A stretch of DNA of 64,000 nucleotides, taken from IMG/VR virus record IMGVR_UViG_3300044852_000047, positions 10,058 to 74,057 of that record. The stretch is one strand, 5' to 3'. Origin of the DNA: a virus. Taxonomy: Duplodnaviria > Caudoviricetes. Shown piece by piece: positions 38,901-48,371 of the stretch. Both the position numbers and the translations under genes were made by a program. Numbering within the stretch: position 1 is the first letter of the stretch; each line of letters begins with the position of its first letter. The notes under the pieces were generated by a model that did no database searches, was not told where the DNA came from, and worked only from the letters and a program-made list of their open reading frames with translations.

Positions 38901-41900
38901 TGCCGCAGAACGTCAAGACGGCGATTGCCTACTCGATGTTTGCCCAGGTCAACGACATGGCCGGCGACCTGTTCAACGATGCACGGGCGATCAATACGAT
39001 CCTTGGCTTGCCGTCGGACACCATCCCGAGCCGCGCCGCGTATGCACTGCTGAGCACCATCGGCACCACCGAAGCCATCGCTGCCGCAAGCCTTGGGCAG
39101 ACCATCGTCCAAGCCAGTGGCTTCAAGGCGGTCAAGGGTGCACCAGTCAATGAGAAGGCTCGCCTAGAGACCGCACTGGGATTCCTGGCCATGAACAGCC
39201 TGGTCACCATGGGCGTTGGCGAGAAGGTTCGTGTCAGTGACGCCAAGATGCAGGCCGCCAAAGGTCGGGTCAGTGACCCTAATGAGCCGGTACAACTGAA
39301 CAGAGACACTACCTTCTTCCGCCTCAAGGCCAGCCGTAATGCCGACAACAAGTTGGTGGTCAGTGATCAGGCGCAGGCCGTCCGTGAAGCCAGCAAGGGT
39401 ACACAGGGTGCACTGGACAAGTTGTTCAGTGTGCAGTCGCGCTCGACAGAGCCAAGCCTGAAGCCTATCCCGTTCACTCAGGACAAGGCCAAGCGTACCC
39501 AACAGGGCATTAGCAGCACGCAAAGCCAGCTACTGGACAAGGTGGCCAAGCGCAAGCACGTCCTCAAGCAGAACATGTGGCAAGTCTGGGGTCAGCTAAG
39601 CAATCAGGCCCGCTATGCCATGGCCGGTGTGGTCAATGAAGACCCGGTACATGTGGTCAACCAACAGTCGACCCAGGCCAAGAATGACGCATTGATGCAG
39701 GAAGTCGACAACGCTCAGGACTGGTTCAGCAACACCCTGGGCAAGACCAAGAACGCCCTGGACACTGCGTTCTACTTCATGCCGAGCGTGTGGAGCAACT
39801 ACCGGGTGGGTCTGGCGCAGAACGTCATCAACCCACAAACCAGCAAAGTGCATCGCTACCTGATCAAGCAACAAGGATGGGACACGCCGATCAAGTTGGA
39901 TGATCCGGCTAGCTTCCTGCACTTCCAGTTGCGGGTACTGGAAGGCTTCGGCGTCAAGACTGAAGGCAACAAGACCTCGGCGGTGATCTCCGATGCCAAA
40001 GACGGCTGGCAGGCGCAGTTGGCCAAGCCGGAAATCAAGGCAGCGGTGGATGAACTGGTCAAGTCGCTCAATGGTGAGCAGCTGAATGAATCCGTGGTTG
40101 TGGCTGGGGTCAAGGCCGGTGGTGAAGGCTTCCACTCGCTGGCGGCGCTGACCGCGCTGGCTGAAATGCAGATGGCCACCGAGTCGGGGCAGCGCACGTT
40201 TACCACGGACTTGCCTGGTGAAGTGGACGGGGTCAACAACGGCCCACAACTGTCGATGCTGTACACCGGCACCTCCAGCGAAGCAATCATGGCGCAAGGC
40301 GGGTTCTTCACCAACGACCAGCATGCCCAGTTCTCCGACTATAAAGCGGTACCGGGCAACCACGACATGTACCAGGGCCTGATGGCCAAGATCCTTACAC
40401 AGATGGACCCCAAGTACCGTGACGCCCGCGTGGCGCTGGAAGGAGTGATCGGTGAGCTGGCGGATGCCGCCGGCAACATCAAGAAGGCCGGTCGTAACAT
40501 CGTCAAGACGCCACTGACCGCCGTGATGTTTGGTTCGGGTATTGGTCGCGCCGTGGCGTCGATGCAGGAAACCTTCATCGAGAACCTGTACAGCAAGATC
40601 GAGCAGGTGGCAGGCCTGCCCTTTGCCCAGCAGCAAGCGGCCATGGGTGACCTAGTAGGGCACCTCAATACACTGATCAAGACCGGTGATCCAAAGGCGG
40701 CCCTGCTGCACCCGAAATCGTCCGTCGACCAGATGATGACCACCGAGCTGAGCAAGCAGCAGACGCAAGCCATCAGCCAAGCCTTCCTGCACGTCATCGG
40801 GCAGGCCGCGACTAACACCATGAAGAATGAGTTCGGGGTGTTCATCGAGCGGCGCGACACCATCAACAAAACGGCGACCCGCGCCTATCGCCTGTACGCA
40901 CTGGCGGAAAGTATTCTGCGCCAGCAGATACTGGAAGCGGCTGGCAATACCACCACCCGTGTGCGTGAAGGCAAGACTGACTTTCTGCATGACCTGACTG
41001 CGACACAGCAAGCTGAGTTGGACGCCCAGCTGAACAATGTGGCGCCTATCATGCACACCGCGCTGTCGTTGATGAGCGGCGAGCGCAATACCGGGATGAT
41101 GTTGGCCAAGACCAAGAACACCTCGAGCAACGACACGGCCTACAGCAGTGAGCTGGACTTTGGGCAGAAGATCCCGCAGGTGGACGATAAGGGTGTAGCC
41201 CTCAAGGATACCCAGTCGACCAAGTCCGGCGGTACTCGCCGGGTACTGGCTGAGCCAGGGGTCGGTACCATGAGCCGCGGTATTCACTCCACGGACAGTG
41301 CCAACGCGGTGCTGACCTACGGCGAACACCCAGCGATCAACATCCACGATGCGGTACTGACCGGGATTGGTCATTTGGCTTCGGCGGCACAGGCGTTCAA
41401 CAAGAACACCTTCAACGTGATGCTCAACTACTCGCCGGCACATGAAGTACAGAAGACCTTCGAGCAGACGCTGATTGGTTTCGCTGAGTTGATGCAGGAC
41501 AAAGAATTCGCCAAGCTGGCGGCCCCGCACCTGGAAGAAGTCTTCACGGACTACAACCGCAAGGGCGAAGGGTTCACCACCTTGCCTAGTTCGCAGCTGC
41601 AACAGATCCGCGGGACGGCGCTGGCGGCTGACCACAACAAGTTCAGCTCCATGGCTTCAATGACCTCGGTCGGGCAGTACGCCACCGAAGGCGGTAGCTA
41701 CGCCGTTACCGAGGCCGACCGTGCCGCCGCTCTGAAGGCTCAAGAGAAACTGGTCAACCGCAGCAACCCACAGGCCGACAGTGCGATGGAAGTGCTGGAA
41801 GATCATGTGGAGCCGCAGGCGCTGGACGTACAGAAGACCGCTCTGGCGCAAGGCAGCATCGAGACCGCTACGGCAGCCACGGGTTTGAATGCCCTGGTGT

Positions 41901-44900
41901 CGATCAAGGACTCGGTCAGCGAAACCATGCAACAGGACATCGCCCAGGTGTCCCAGACCATGCTGGAGCAGAACATTCCGTTGGGGCAAGCCATCCAGGT
42001 ATTGGACCCGGTGTCCCAGACCAACCTACGCGAAGCCGTGCAGGAGAATGCCCGTGCCCAGCAATCGGTGTGGGGTGAAGTCGGTAAGCCGCGCTTCGAA
42101 AGCGACCCGGTGCTGGAAGCGCTGGTGAGTCGTGTCGGCATGACTAGCCACCAGCTGATCGATAACCTGATCCTGCACCTGGACAGCGTATTGCCTAAGG
42201 CACAGGCCCAGTTCCATAAGGAATTGCTGCAAAACGTGCGCAGCGTAACCCGGGATATTCCGGTGACCTACGTCACCCCACACACTGGCCCGGAAGGCGC
42301 CATGGGTGAGGGTGTCGACAAGTCTCGGGGCTGGTTTGCCCAGCGCGGTACCGTTCAGGGTCTGTACATCAAGTCCTCGGACTTCGTGGAATCCGGGATC
42401 ACTGCGGAACTGTTGACCCATGAACTGGTGCATGCCGCGCTGTCGGGTACGGTGCAGACGGAACTGAACCGCGCCCAGCGCAACCCGAACTACAGCAGTG
42501 ACGCCTTGTCGCTGGTGCGTGACCTGCAAGCGCTGCAAGCGAAAGCCCAACAACTGGTGCAGGCCAACGGTGCGCTGTCGGCCAAGTACGCCAATGCCAC
42601 CAGCAACGTGCATGAGCTGATCAGCTGGGGCCTGACCAACCAGTCGTTCCAGACGGAGGTCCTGAAACAGATCAGCGTACCGGCGTCCGTGGGCAACCGT
42701 TTGTTGAACGGTGTACAAGCGTTTGTGCAGAAGATCACGGGTCTGTTGTTCAAGGGTTCGCCTAAGAGCGTCAACCAGCGTCAGGCCACTGGCATGGGAC
42801 TGCTGCTGGCCAACACTGCTGGCTTGTTCAAGGCCGCCGCTGAGCGCCGTGATACCGCCAACCGGGAGCAGACCTTCAAGTACGAAGATGCTATGGACTC
42901 GGTCCAGGGCATGACTACCGATCAGGTGTACAGCGCACTGGCGGATTCGCCATCCGGCAACAAGGTCACCGATCCCCACCACGACAACGTGCTGCGTACT
43001 GTGTTGAGCAACATTGTCAGCAAGATCTATGGCCCGCACGGTGCATTCCATGAGCAGGCGCAAGCCAATGTGGCGATGACCGCCAGTGATGTGTTCCTCA
43101 AGTCGCTGGACACCGGCAAGCTGCCGTTTGCGTCGGCGGCACTGGCCTCGTCGTTCATTATCAGCGAGCAGGAAGCCTATGTACTGGAACAAGTCGAGGC
43201 GACTACCCAGTACGCCATGACCAGCAAAGAAACGCTGTTCGTCCGTTCGGCGTTGGAAGGGTTGTTCCAGCAAGCCAAGGCCAAGGTACAGGCGCGTGAC
43301 TTCTATGCCGGTGACTGGTCTCAGGCCAGTGATCAGGCCAAGGCCACGGCACAGGCCAAGCACGACTTCCTGTTCAAGGCGACCTCCAATGCCGACGGCA
43401 CGTCCAGTTACCTGGCCCGTTTCGCCGCACTGGGTCTGGCCAGCCAGGAAGTCAGCAAGGTCTTGCAGTTCGGTACCAGTAGTACACAGACAGCGCTGAG
43501 CAGCCTGTCAATCGGTGGCAAGATCATCGAACTGTTCAACCGTCTGCTGGCCAAGATCGCCCAGATCAACACCCGGACCTATACCGGTCAACAGGCCAAT
43601 TCCCAGCTGGGACAGCTGGTCAGTCAACTGGTGGACATCGAGGCCAAGCGCAAGACACGCATGCAGGAAGCCAAGCTCAACACCTTGGACAAGCTCGAAG
43701 GCTTTATTGACGGTGGCTTGAAGTACAAGCGTCGCACCGGCCGTTCGGCTATTGCTGATTCCACCCTGTTCAAGGTGGCCTCGTCGCCACTGATTCAGGC
43801 AGTCGGGCACGCCACTACTATTCTCGCCCGGTCCCGGGTAGGTGAAGTGATGGACCGGATCAGCCTGATTCGAGACAACGCCATGAAGGGTCGCCAGGGT
43901 ATCGCTATGGGCGTGATTAATGAGATCCAGGGCGTCACCGACAGTAAGCGGGCGGCCAAAGAGTTGCTGGACGGCGCCAAGTTCATTGAGCAAGGTCGTC
44001 AACACACCAACGACTATTCGGTGGATGCGGTCAACGGTTCGTTCCGCAACGGTAGCCAGGACTTGTCAGGGGTTGAACGGACTGCACTGACCCGCACCTT
44101 CCTGCGCACCAATGCGCATGCGTTGCTGGACCGCTTCGACATGACTAGGGTTACCGCGCTGCTGAATGACCCGGTGCAGATGAGGCAGGAACGCGAAGCG
44201 CTGGAGCAGCAAGTGAAAGCGCTGGGCAGCAATGCCAACTACTACCTGGTACAGACCAAGCATCTGGCCTACCACCGAGTGATCGGTGGATCGACCAGCG
44301 CCATGCAGATGCAGAGCGCCGAGAACATTGCCCAGTTGGTAGGTACCCACTTGCACGGCAGCGTGTCGGACACACAAGCCAAGGCTGCCGCTGATCTGCT
44401 GCGTCCGCTGATGGCGATGTACGCCCTGAATTACACCGATGCGGCCCAGAAGGCTCCGGCGCTGAAAGTGCTTCGTCAGGAAACCGGCCGTGAGGGTGGT
44501 GCCAATGGGGTTGAATACCTGTTGCTGCAACACAAGGCCCTGCTCAAGGACGCCAAGTCCAGCGTGTTCAATGGCAATGAAGCCCTGTTCGCTGATGGCT
44601 TCGTGCCGGAGATCCACGATCCTAAGATCGAGGTGGTGGCGGCGCACACACCGGAAACCATTGCCTACTTGCAAAAGTCGGGATTCGCTACGCCACCTAC
44701 CGGCGGCAAGGTGCAACAGGACCCACATGTCCAGGGTCACCCGGACACAGTGCTGTTAACCCGTCGCGGCAGTGGCCAGGCGGACATCCTCACCGGCGCC
44801 GTGAGTTACACAAACCTGCATGCCAAAGGCACGCCGGTGGAACGTCATGACGGGGCGATTAACCTGCTGGGCGGTTCGATGGGCGCCAACCAGGCCACGG

Positions 44901-46450
44901 TCAACCACATCCTGGTAGCACGGGATGCGGAGATCCGTGCCATGTTCACCACCGATGGCTTGACGTTTGACCCACGCAAGCAACAAACCGGTCGTGCCGT
45001 GCCGTTGCTGCGCCCGGACGGTTCGGTGGCGGACTTTCGCTACACCATGACCGAGGACAACCGTGATGCTTTACTGGATCGCAACAACGACATGGCCAAG
45101 CTGATCGGCGCACTGGCGGCCAGTACCGTGGACAAGGTCAACAGCACACAACAGAACCGCGACGTGGTGCGGACCCTGCGCGAGCAGTACCGTGAGGATT
45201 ACGCCAACCGGCCGAGCAGTTACATCAAGGTCGGGCGTGACAGCACCGATGCACGGCTGCGCGAGCAGTACCACTTGCTGTCGGATGACATCCGCGCCGA
45301 GATCAAGCGTATCTGGAAGTCGGACAACATGATGATCCCGGCCGACCAGCTGGACATGATCATGGGCTACCGCAAATACAGCCTGACCGAAGCGTTCAAG
45401 AACGTGAAGGGCAGCAAGGCTGAGGTCTACGCGGATTGGCATGCCGGGGAGTTCAATGACCGCAATCTCAGCGAGAAGCTGATGATTGGCGTGACCACCG
45501 CACTCTGGGGCGAGAAGGCCGGCTGGCGCGTGGGCAAGGCCGAGGACGCAATTCAGGAAATCATGAAGGCTACCAAGGACATCCTGGTGATCAAGTCGAT
45601 CACCACGATGATTGGCAACATCAAGAGCAACCTGTCGTTGTTACTGGCTTATGGGGTACCGCTGAATAAGCTGATCGCCAACCATGCGGTAGCAATCAAG
45701 GGGGCGCTGGACTACCGCAAGGACAACAAGCGATTGATGCAGCTGGAGATGGCCGTGAACGGCGGATACGTGCCCCAGGGTCAGGCAAACGTCGAGGAGG
45801 AGATGGTGATGTTGCGGGACCGTATTGCCCGCAACCCGGTAAAAGACCTGATCGATGCCGGCCTGATGCCAACGATCGTGGAAGACGTGGATGCCATGGA
45901 CAACCAATACAGCTACAAGTCGCGCCTGACCAAAGCCATTGACGACCGTACCCAGTGGGTCCCGGGACTGGCCAAGACCGTGGTCAAGGAAGGTCTGCTG
46001 TTCACCCATGACTCTATGGCCTACAAATTCCTCAGCCAGTCCACTCAGCTTTCCGACTTCGTGGCGCGTTATACCTTGTACGAGCACCTGATCAGCCGTC
46101 CTACGGATACCCTGAGTTCGGTGGACGCCATGCGTCGTGCCGAGGATGCGTTCATCAACTACGACATTCCGTCGCACCGGTCGATCCAGTACATGAACGA
46201 CATGGGCTTGTTGATGTTCACCAAGTACTACCTGCGTATCCAGAAGGTGATCGCCCAGCTGTTCAAGGAGAAACCAACACGGGTACTGGCCACCGTCATG
46301 TACGGTCACTATGTACAGGGTGCGTCGGTGGTCACCGACTCCAGCTGGCTGCACCGCATCGGGCATAATCCGCTGGGTAACAGCATCCTCGGTGCACCGG
46401 CGGTGATCGATGAACTGCCTGGGGTCAAGGGTCTGTTGAATGTGTTGTAA
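35960..46450 (+). CDS. Virion-encapsidated RNA polymerase (N4 gp50-like vRNAP), 3496 aa
   Basis: Size; no Cys seen on read-through; motif A EVDGVNNGP, motif B RNIVKTPLTAVMFGSG, motif C NIHDA. Confidence 0.97.
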   Translation: MSEFDLNAYLSRPTAPPSEGNGTSEFDLNSYLKRDKLAGVTPFKTINLDQAVARAQRNVEQSLVGHLGLDPNSITGQAVNGAVSFASGTSRVAGNLLTLPLDVLSGLAQGSVPNDVIDAYSRYTERQNNPNPDPTAISTDSPEQAAADLALLNGTAQGDSGEAGAPQTYLARLQSADKVRQMAKAVDDQFNIDRTVDTTRRDVFSDDLKAATANGVADLRQAAHDWNYGDTPGETASALKNGIFGTARTVGNALATIATHPAAIAEYTAENIPQLAMAAKSATAMALSNAGYGFDNYRQGITDYQKENDGMQPTSADRLKMGLFSASAALAENVGESNLVKGLMGHSSSNIVKAVGKGAATEGATETYQSYAEGQGSLQPASLESIVEGGTIGAAVGGTIHAVGHGNHGEATAQVEQNKAVEDAFSKAVETGDVTPLTDTTSPTYAPERAVQALHAAVLAPDATEEVKQASLKQADVIQADLHQQIKDIKDTQTLYSPDMQANMQEKIAEKQDLLKTAPADEQVTLQQQIRSYENTLDTARNYDPAADNAKLEQLTQQQEATSAAVQQLHIDASPETGQVESLVSQVNAPAAEDNKAAAEQLMTLTMSNPESLSPEHINSLLDNPDNQLTPEQRDSLRAFNEAQVATNTLKSKDAVSTDIFTGGEGFKGLDEYRSRFRTAMSTGNPALAQSEVTQLQAFAASREQKAQVLADAYNQVKGTADSLQVVKTDNGWEIQPPTMSKRQLRANGGLFVDRTTFAIRDAVQLEAKALSKTADSMASLLPSIKAAAPVTQASAPATTSADTQLRSYISTPVTTDTATQATSEQAPVSDNAAPVSDNLSTPVTPEAAAEPAKEDGTLDVIKNTPKVEDTGVAPGEYTKGSMIGKFFTQQAKGAKDATARPLVAMKDFISKLKNDRAVAQLFMEDRAPLSPAQEQAVQGFLQFAAKAFPHIEKNVSRKLKGEQYQWQDYAQQLLQADGTLPQNVKTAIAYSMFAQVNDMAGDLFNDARAINTILGLPSDTIPSRAAYALLSTIGTTEAIAAASLGQTIVQASGFKAVKGAPVNEKARLETALGFLAMNSLVTMGVGEKVRVSDAKMQAAKGRVSDPNEPVQLNRDTTFFRLKASRNADNKLVVSDQAQAVREASKGTQGALDKLFSVQSRSTEPSLKPIPFTQDKAKRTQQGISSTQSQLLDKVAKRKHVLKQNMWQVWGQLSNQARYAMAGVVNEDPVHVVNQQSTQAKNDALMQEVDNAQDWFSNTLGKTKNALDTAFYFMPSVWSNYRVGLAQNVINPQTSKVHRYLIKQQGWDTPIKLDDPASFLHFQLRVLEGFGVKTEGNKTSAVISDAKDGWQAQLAKPEIKAAVDELVKSLNGEQLNESVVVAGVKAGGEGFHSLAALTALAEMQMATESGQRTFTTDLPGEVDGVNNGPQLSMLYTGTSSEAIMAQGGFFTNDQHAQFSDYKAVPGNHDMYQGLMAKILTQMDPKYRDARVALEGVIGELADAAGNIKKAGRNIVKTPLTAVMFGSGIGRAVASMQETFIENLYSKIEQVAGLPFAQQQAAMGDLVGHLNTLIKTGDPKAALLHPKSSVDQMMTTELSKQQTQAISQAFLHVIGQAATNTMKNEFGVFIERRDTINKTATRAYRLYALAESILRQQILEAAGNTTTRVREGKTDFLHDLTATQQAELDAQLNNVAPIMHTALSLMSGERNTGMMLAKTKNTSSNDTAYSSELDFGQKIPQVDDKGVALKDTQSTKSGGTRRVLAEPGVGTMSRGIHSTDSANAVLTYGEHPAINIHDAVLTGIGHLASAAQAFNKNTFNVMLNYSPAHEVQKTFEQTLIGFAELMQDKEFAKLAAPHLEEVFTDYNRKGEGFTTLPSSQLQQIRGTALAADHNKFSSMASMTSVGQYATEGGSYAVTEADRAAALKAQEKLVNRSNPQADSAMEVLEDHVEPQALDVQKTALAQGSIETATAATGLNALVSIKDSVSETMQQDIAQVSQTMLEQNIPLGQAIQVLDPVSQTNLREAVQENARAQQSVWGEVGKPRFESDPVLEALVSRVGMTSHQLIDNLILHLDSVLPKAQAQFHKELLQNVRSVTRDIPVTYVTPHTGPEGAMGEGVDKSRGWFAQRGTVQGLYIKSSDFVESGITAELLTHELVHAALSGTVQTELNRAQRNPNYSSDALSLVRDLQALQAKAQQLVQANGALSAKYANATSNVHELISWGLTNQSFQTEVLKQISVPASVGNRLLNGVQAFVQKITGLLFKGSPKSVNQRQATGMGLLLANTAGLFKAAAERRDTANREQTFKYEDAMDSVQGMTTDQVYSALADSPSGNKVTDPHHDNVLRTVLSNIVSKIYGPHGAFHEQAQANVAMTASDVFLKSLDTGKLPFASAALASSFIISEQEAYVLEQVEATTQYAMTSKETLFVRSALEGLFQQAKAKVQARDFYAGDWSQASDQAKATAQAKHDFLFKATSNADGTSSYLARFAALGLASQEVSKVLQFGTSSTQTALSSLSIGGKIIELFNRLLAKIAQINTRTYTGQQANSQLGQLVSQLVDIEAKRKTRMQEAKLNTLDKLEGFIDGGLKYKRRTGRSAIADSTLFKVASSPLIQAVGHATTILARSRVGEVMDRISLIRDNAMKGRQGIAMGVINEIQGVTDSKRAAKELLDGAKFIEQGRQHTNDYSVDAVNGSFRNGSQDLSGVERTALTRTFLRTNAHALLDRFDMTRVTALLNDPVQMRQEREALEQQVKALGSNANYYLVQTKHLAYHRVIGGSTSAMQMQSAENIAQLVGTHLHGSVSDTQAKAAADLLRPLMAMYALNYTDAAQKAPALKVLRQETGREGGANGVEYLLLQHKALLKDAKSSVFNGNEALFADGFVPEIHDPKIEVVAAHTPETIAYLQKSGFATPPTGGKVQQDPHVQGHPDTVLLTRRGSGQADILTGAVSYTNLHAKGTPVERHDGAINLLGGSMGANQATVNHILVARDAEIRAMFTTDGLTFDPRKQQTGRAVPLLRPDGSVADFRYTMTEDNRDALLDRNNDMAKLIGALAASTVDKVNSTQQNRDVVRTLREQYREDYANRPSSYIKVGRDSTDARLREQYHLLSDDIRAEIKRIWKSDNMMIPADQLDMIMGYRKYSLTEAFKNVKGSKAEVYADWHAGEFNDRNLSEKLMIGVTTALWGEKAGWRVGKAEDAIQEIMKATKDILVIKSITTMIGNIKSNLSLLLAYGVPLNKLIANHAVAIKGALDYRKDNKRLMQLEMAVNGGYVPQGQANVEEEMVMLRDRIARNPVKDLIDAGLMPTIVEDVDAMDNQYSYKSRLTKAIDDRTQWVPGLAKTVVKEGLLFTHDSMAYKFLSQSTQLSDFVARYTLYEHLISRPTDTLSSVDAMRRAEDAFINYDIPSHRSIQYMNDMGLLMFTKYYLRIQKVIAQLFKEKPTRVLATVMYGHYVQGASVVTDSSWLHRIGHNPLGNSILGAPAVIDELPGVKGLLNVL

Positions 46451-46470
46451 GGCAAACGCTTAAAAGAACG

Positions 46471-46501
46471 GCCCTCCTGGAAACAGCGAGGGCTTTTCTT
46501 T
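46471..46501. terminator. Terminator between convergent transcription units
   Basis: GCCCTC-CTG-GAAA-CAG-C-GAGGGC plus TTTTCTTT; A-run on the other side. Confidence 0.7.
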
Positions 46502-46509
46502 TACGGGTT

Positions 46510-46710
46510 TCACTCTTTTGATTCAGGTGTGTTCCACCAGTCGTACATCATATAAGCCAAGGCCAGGATGATGATGACGACCAACGCCAAGATCCCAATC
46601 ACCCGGAATAGCAGGGCGAAGAAGAAGAAGGCGGCAATACCGGCCAGCACGACACCACTGGCCATGATCAAGGCAATCAGCCCTTTTAACAGTTGCCAAA
46701 GTTTCAGCAC
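46510..46710 (-). CDS. Small membrane protein (66 aa)
   Basis: Long hydrophobic stretch(es); GTG start. Confidence 0.65.
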   Translation of the reverse strand: MLKLWQLLKGLIALIMASGVVLAGIAAFFFFALLFRVIGILALVVIIILALAYMMYDWWNTPESKE

Positions 46711-46731
46711 GTTGGACTTCCTTGGATGGGT

Positions 46732-47220
46732 TTAATGGTCCTGGCAGTAGGCTTGCACTGACTGACAGGATTCCACTGTGAAAAACCCACAGTGAAACAG
46801 TTCCCGCGGTACCTCAAAGGTAGCCGCCAGGATTTGATAGCCTTCGCTGCGGCTGTACGCGTGCCGGTCCATCCAAGCCAACATCGCTGGCTTGCAGGCA
46901 CTACGCGCTTTACGCGTACGGTCATCGGCCAGGGTACCCATGGCCAGGTCGGTGAACGGGTGTAGGCCCACGTACTTGTGGCAACCTTCGCAGTAGAACG
47001 CGTAGGGCCACTTGCCAAAGCTGGTGCGGTAGATCGCTGCGTTGTTGACGATGCTGACCGTACCGCCACAGTCACATACTGGAGCGGCCAGTCGATTGCG
47101 CACCTGGGCCAGGGACTTGGGGTTGAGCGCAGGGAAGGGTGGGTACGTCGGTACTTTCTCCAACTGGCTGCGTGGATCGATGCCGAACACTTCCGGCCAA
47201 GGTTGGTCGAGTTTAGGCAT
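46732..47220 (-). CDS. DUF3268-type zinc-finger protein
   Basis: CDCGG..IY..FGKWPYAFYCEGCHKYVGLHPFTDLAMGTLAD..RKAR. Confidence 0.75.
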   Translation of the reverse strand: MPKLDQPWPEVFGIDPRSQLEKVPTYPPFPALNPKSLAQVRNRLAAPVCDCGGTVSIVNNAAIYRTSFGKWPYAFYCEGCHKYVGLHPFTDLAMGTLADDRTRKARSACKPAMLAWMDRHAYSRSEGYQILAATFEVPRELFHCGFFTVESCQSVQAYCQDH

Positions 47221-47470
47221 TGAGCGGTTTCCTGACGCGCTGGAACTGCATACCCTTGCAGAACATCTGGTACGGGACATGGTGAGGATCATCTTCCAGC
47301 GGACGGGCGAAGTACGCATGCACGCCGCCGGGGATCAGCTGACGCATCTGCGCAGCCGCTTCCTTGTTACCGCCCATGAGTTTGATGTATGCCTCTTCGA
47401 TACATTTCTGCATGGCTTCGATGAAGGCTTCCCGGGTGGCGGGATCAGGTTCAATTGTGAGTCGAGTCAT
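47213..47470 (-). CDS. Hypothetical protein (85 aa)
   Basis: MTRLTIEPDP start with AAGGAG RBS. Confidence 0.65.
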   Translation of the reverse strand: MTRLTIEPDPATREAFIEAMQKCIEEAYIKLMGGNKEAAAQMRQLIPGGVHAYFARPLEDDPHHVPYQMFCKGMQFQRVRKPLNA

Positions 47471-47480
47471 GACGCGCTCC

Positions 47481-47741
47481 TTACAGTAGGCGTTCAATGG
47501 GGATGAAGTGTTCCATCGACAGCTTGGCGGCAGCCAGCAATGCACTGCTGCGGGCCATTGCACGGTGACGTGTGCAGCTAAAGTCAACGACGTGTTCAGC
47601 CAAACCATCGAAGTTGCGCAGGTAGACGGAGAAGTGGGTCGGGTCAGCGGTTTCGCTGACGACCTCGATACCTGCGTCAGTGTGGTTGGTCGCAGCTACC
47701 TGGATGCTGATGTACTTAGGATCAGGCTTGATCGAGTCCAT
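47481..47741 (-). CDS. Hypothetical protein (86 aa)
   Basis: ORF track; operon context. Confidence 0.65.
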   Translation of the reverse strand: MDSIKPDPKYISIQVAATNHTDAGIEVVSETADPTHFSVYLRNFDGLAEHVVDFSCTRHRAMARSSALLAAAKLSMEHFIPIERLL

Positions 47742-47832
47742 GCGTTGTACTCACTGAGTGGATGGGTGTGCAGCGCAGGCATTTGCACCGGCACTGGGTC
47801 AGGCCGCTGCTGCGGCAATAGATAGGGGTCAT
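47722..47832 (-). CDS. Small Cys-rich peptide (36 aa)
   Basis: Hand-translated MTPIYCRSSGLTQCRCKCLRCTPIH...; weak RBS. Confidence 0.4.
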   Translation of the reverse strand: MTPIYCRSSGLTQCRCKCLRCTPIHSVSTTHGLDQA

Positions 47833-47909
47833 GGGGTGTCCAGGAATGTGTACTATGCCGATCCGTTACCTACACTGACGTCAGGTAACCAATCAAAGGA
47901 AGTGGGTGT

Positions 47910-48365
47910 ATGGGACGAATTCTGGTGGTGTTGGCTGTCGTGTTGGGTCTGGCGGGGTGCGCTTCCGCACCGCAACCAAAAGCGCAGCTCAATGAGCAGG
48001 GGTACACAGCGTTTGCAACGCACCTGATGGTGCTGGGTTCGTGTGCTCAGCAGGGCCTTATCACCCCGGAACTTGCGGCATCGGGTAATCGTTACCTAAA
48101 GTCTCAGTTGGCGGGTTACACCTATAGCGAGGAAAAACTAAAATCTAGCTTGGTCGACTTTGCTGGTCATAACCCATTACCGGGTAAAGCTGACTGCAAT
48201 ACGTTGGCGGTACAGATCAGTGAATTGAATCAGCAAAATGCGTCAAACCTTGCCCAGTCCCAAGCCGATGCTCAAGAGATGGCGGACCTGACCAAGCAAC
48301 TGCAAAACAGCGTGCCGGCCCCTGTGTATTGCAACCGGTTGGGTACCCAAACCTTTTGTAACTGA
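47910..48365 (+). CDS. Lipoprotein, lone plus-strand gene
   Basis: Signal peptide with lipobox LAG-C; AAGGA RBS. Confidence 0.85.
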   Translation: MGRILVVLAVVLGLAGCASAPQPKAQLNEQGYTAFATHLMVLGSCAQQGLITPELAASGNRYLKSQLAGYTYSEEKLKSSLVDFAGHNPLPGKADCNTLAVQISELNQQNASNLAQSQADAQEMADLTKQLQNSVPAPVYCNRLGTQTFCN

Positions 48366-48371
48366 TGCAGA

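Noticed and set aside
42026-43363. 445-aa minus-strand ORF and similar ORFs inside vRNAP
   Set aside because: Antisense shadows; no RBS or recognisable motifs.
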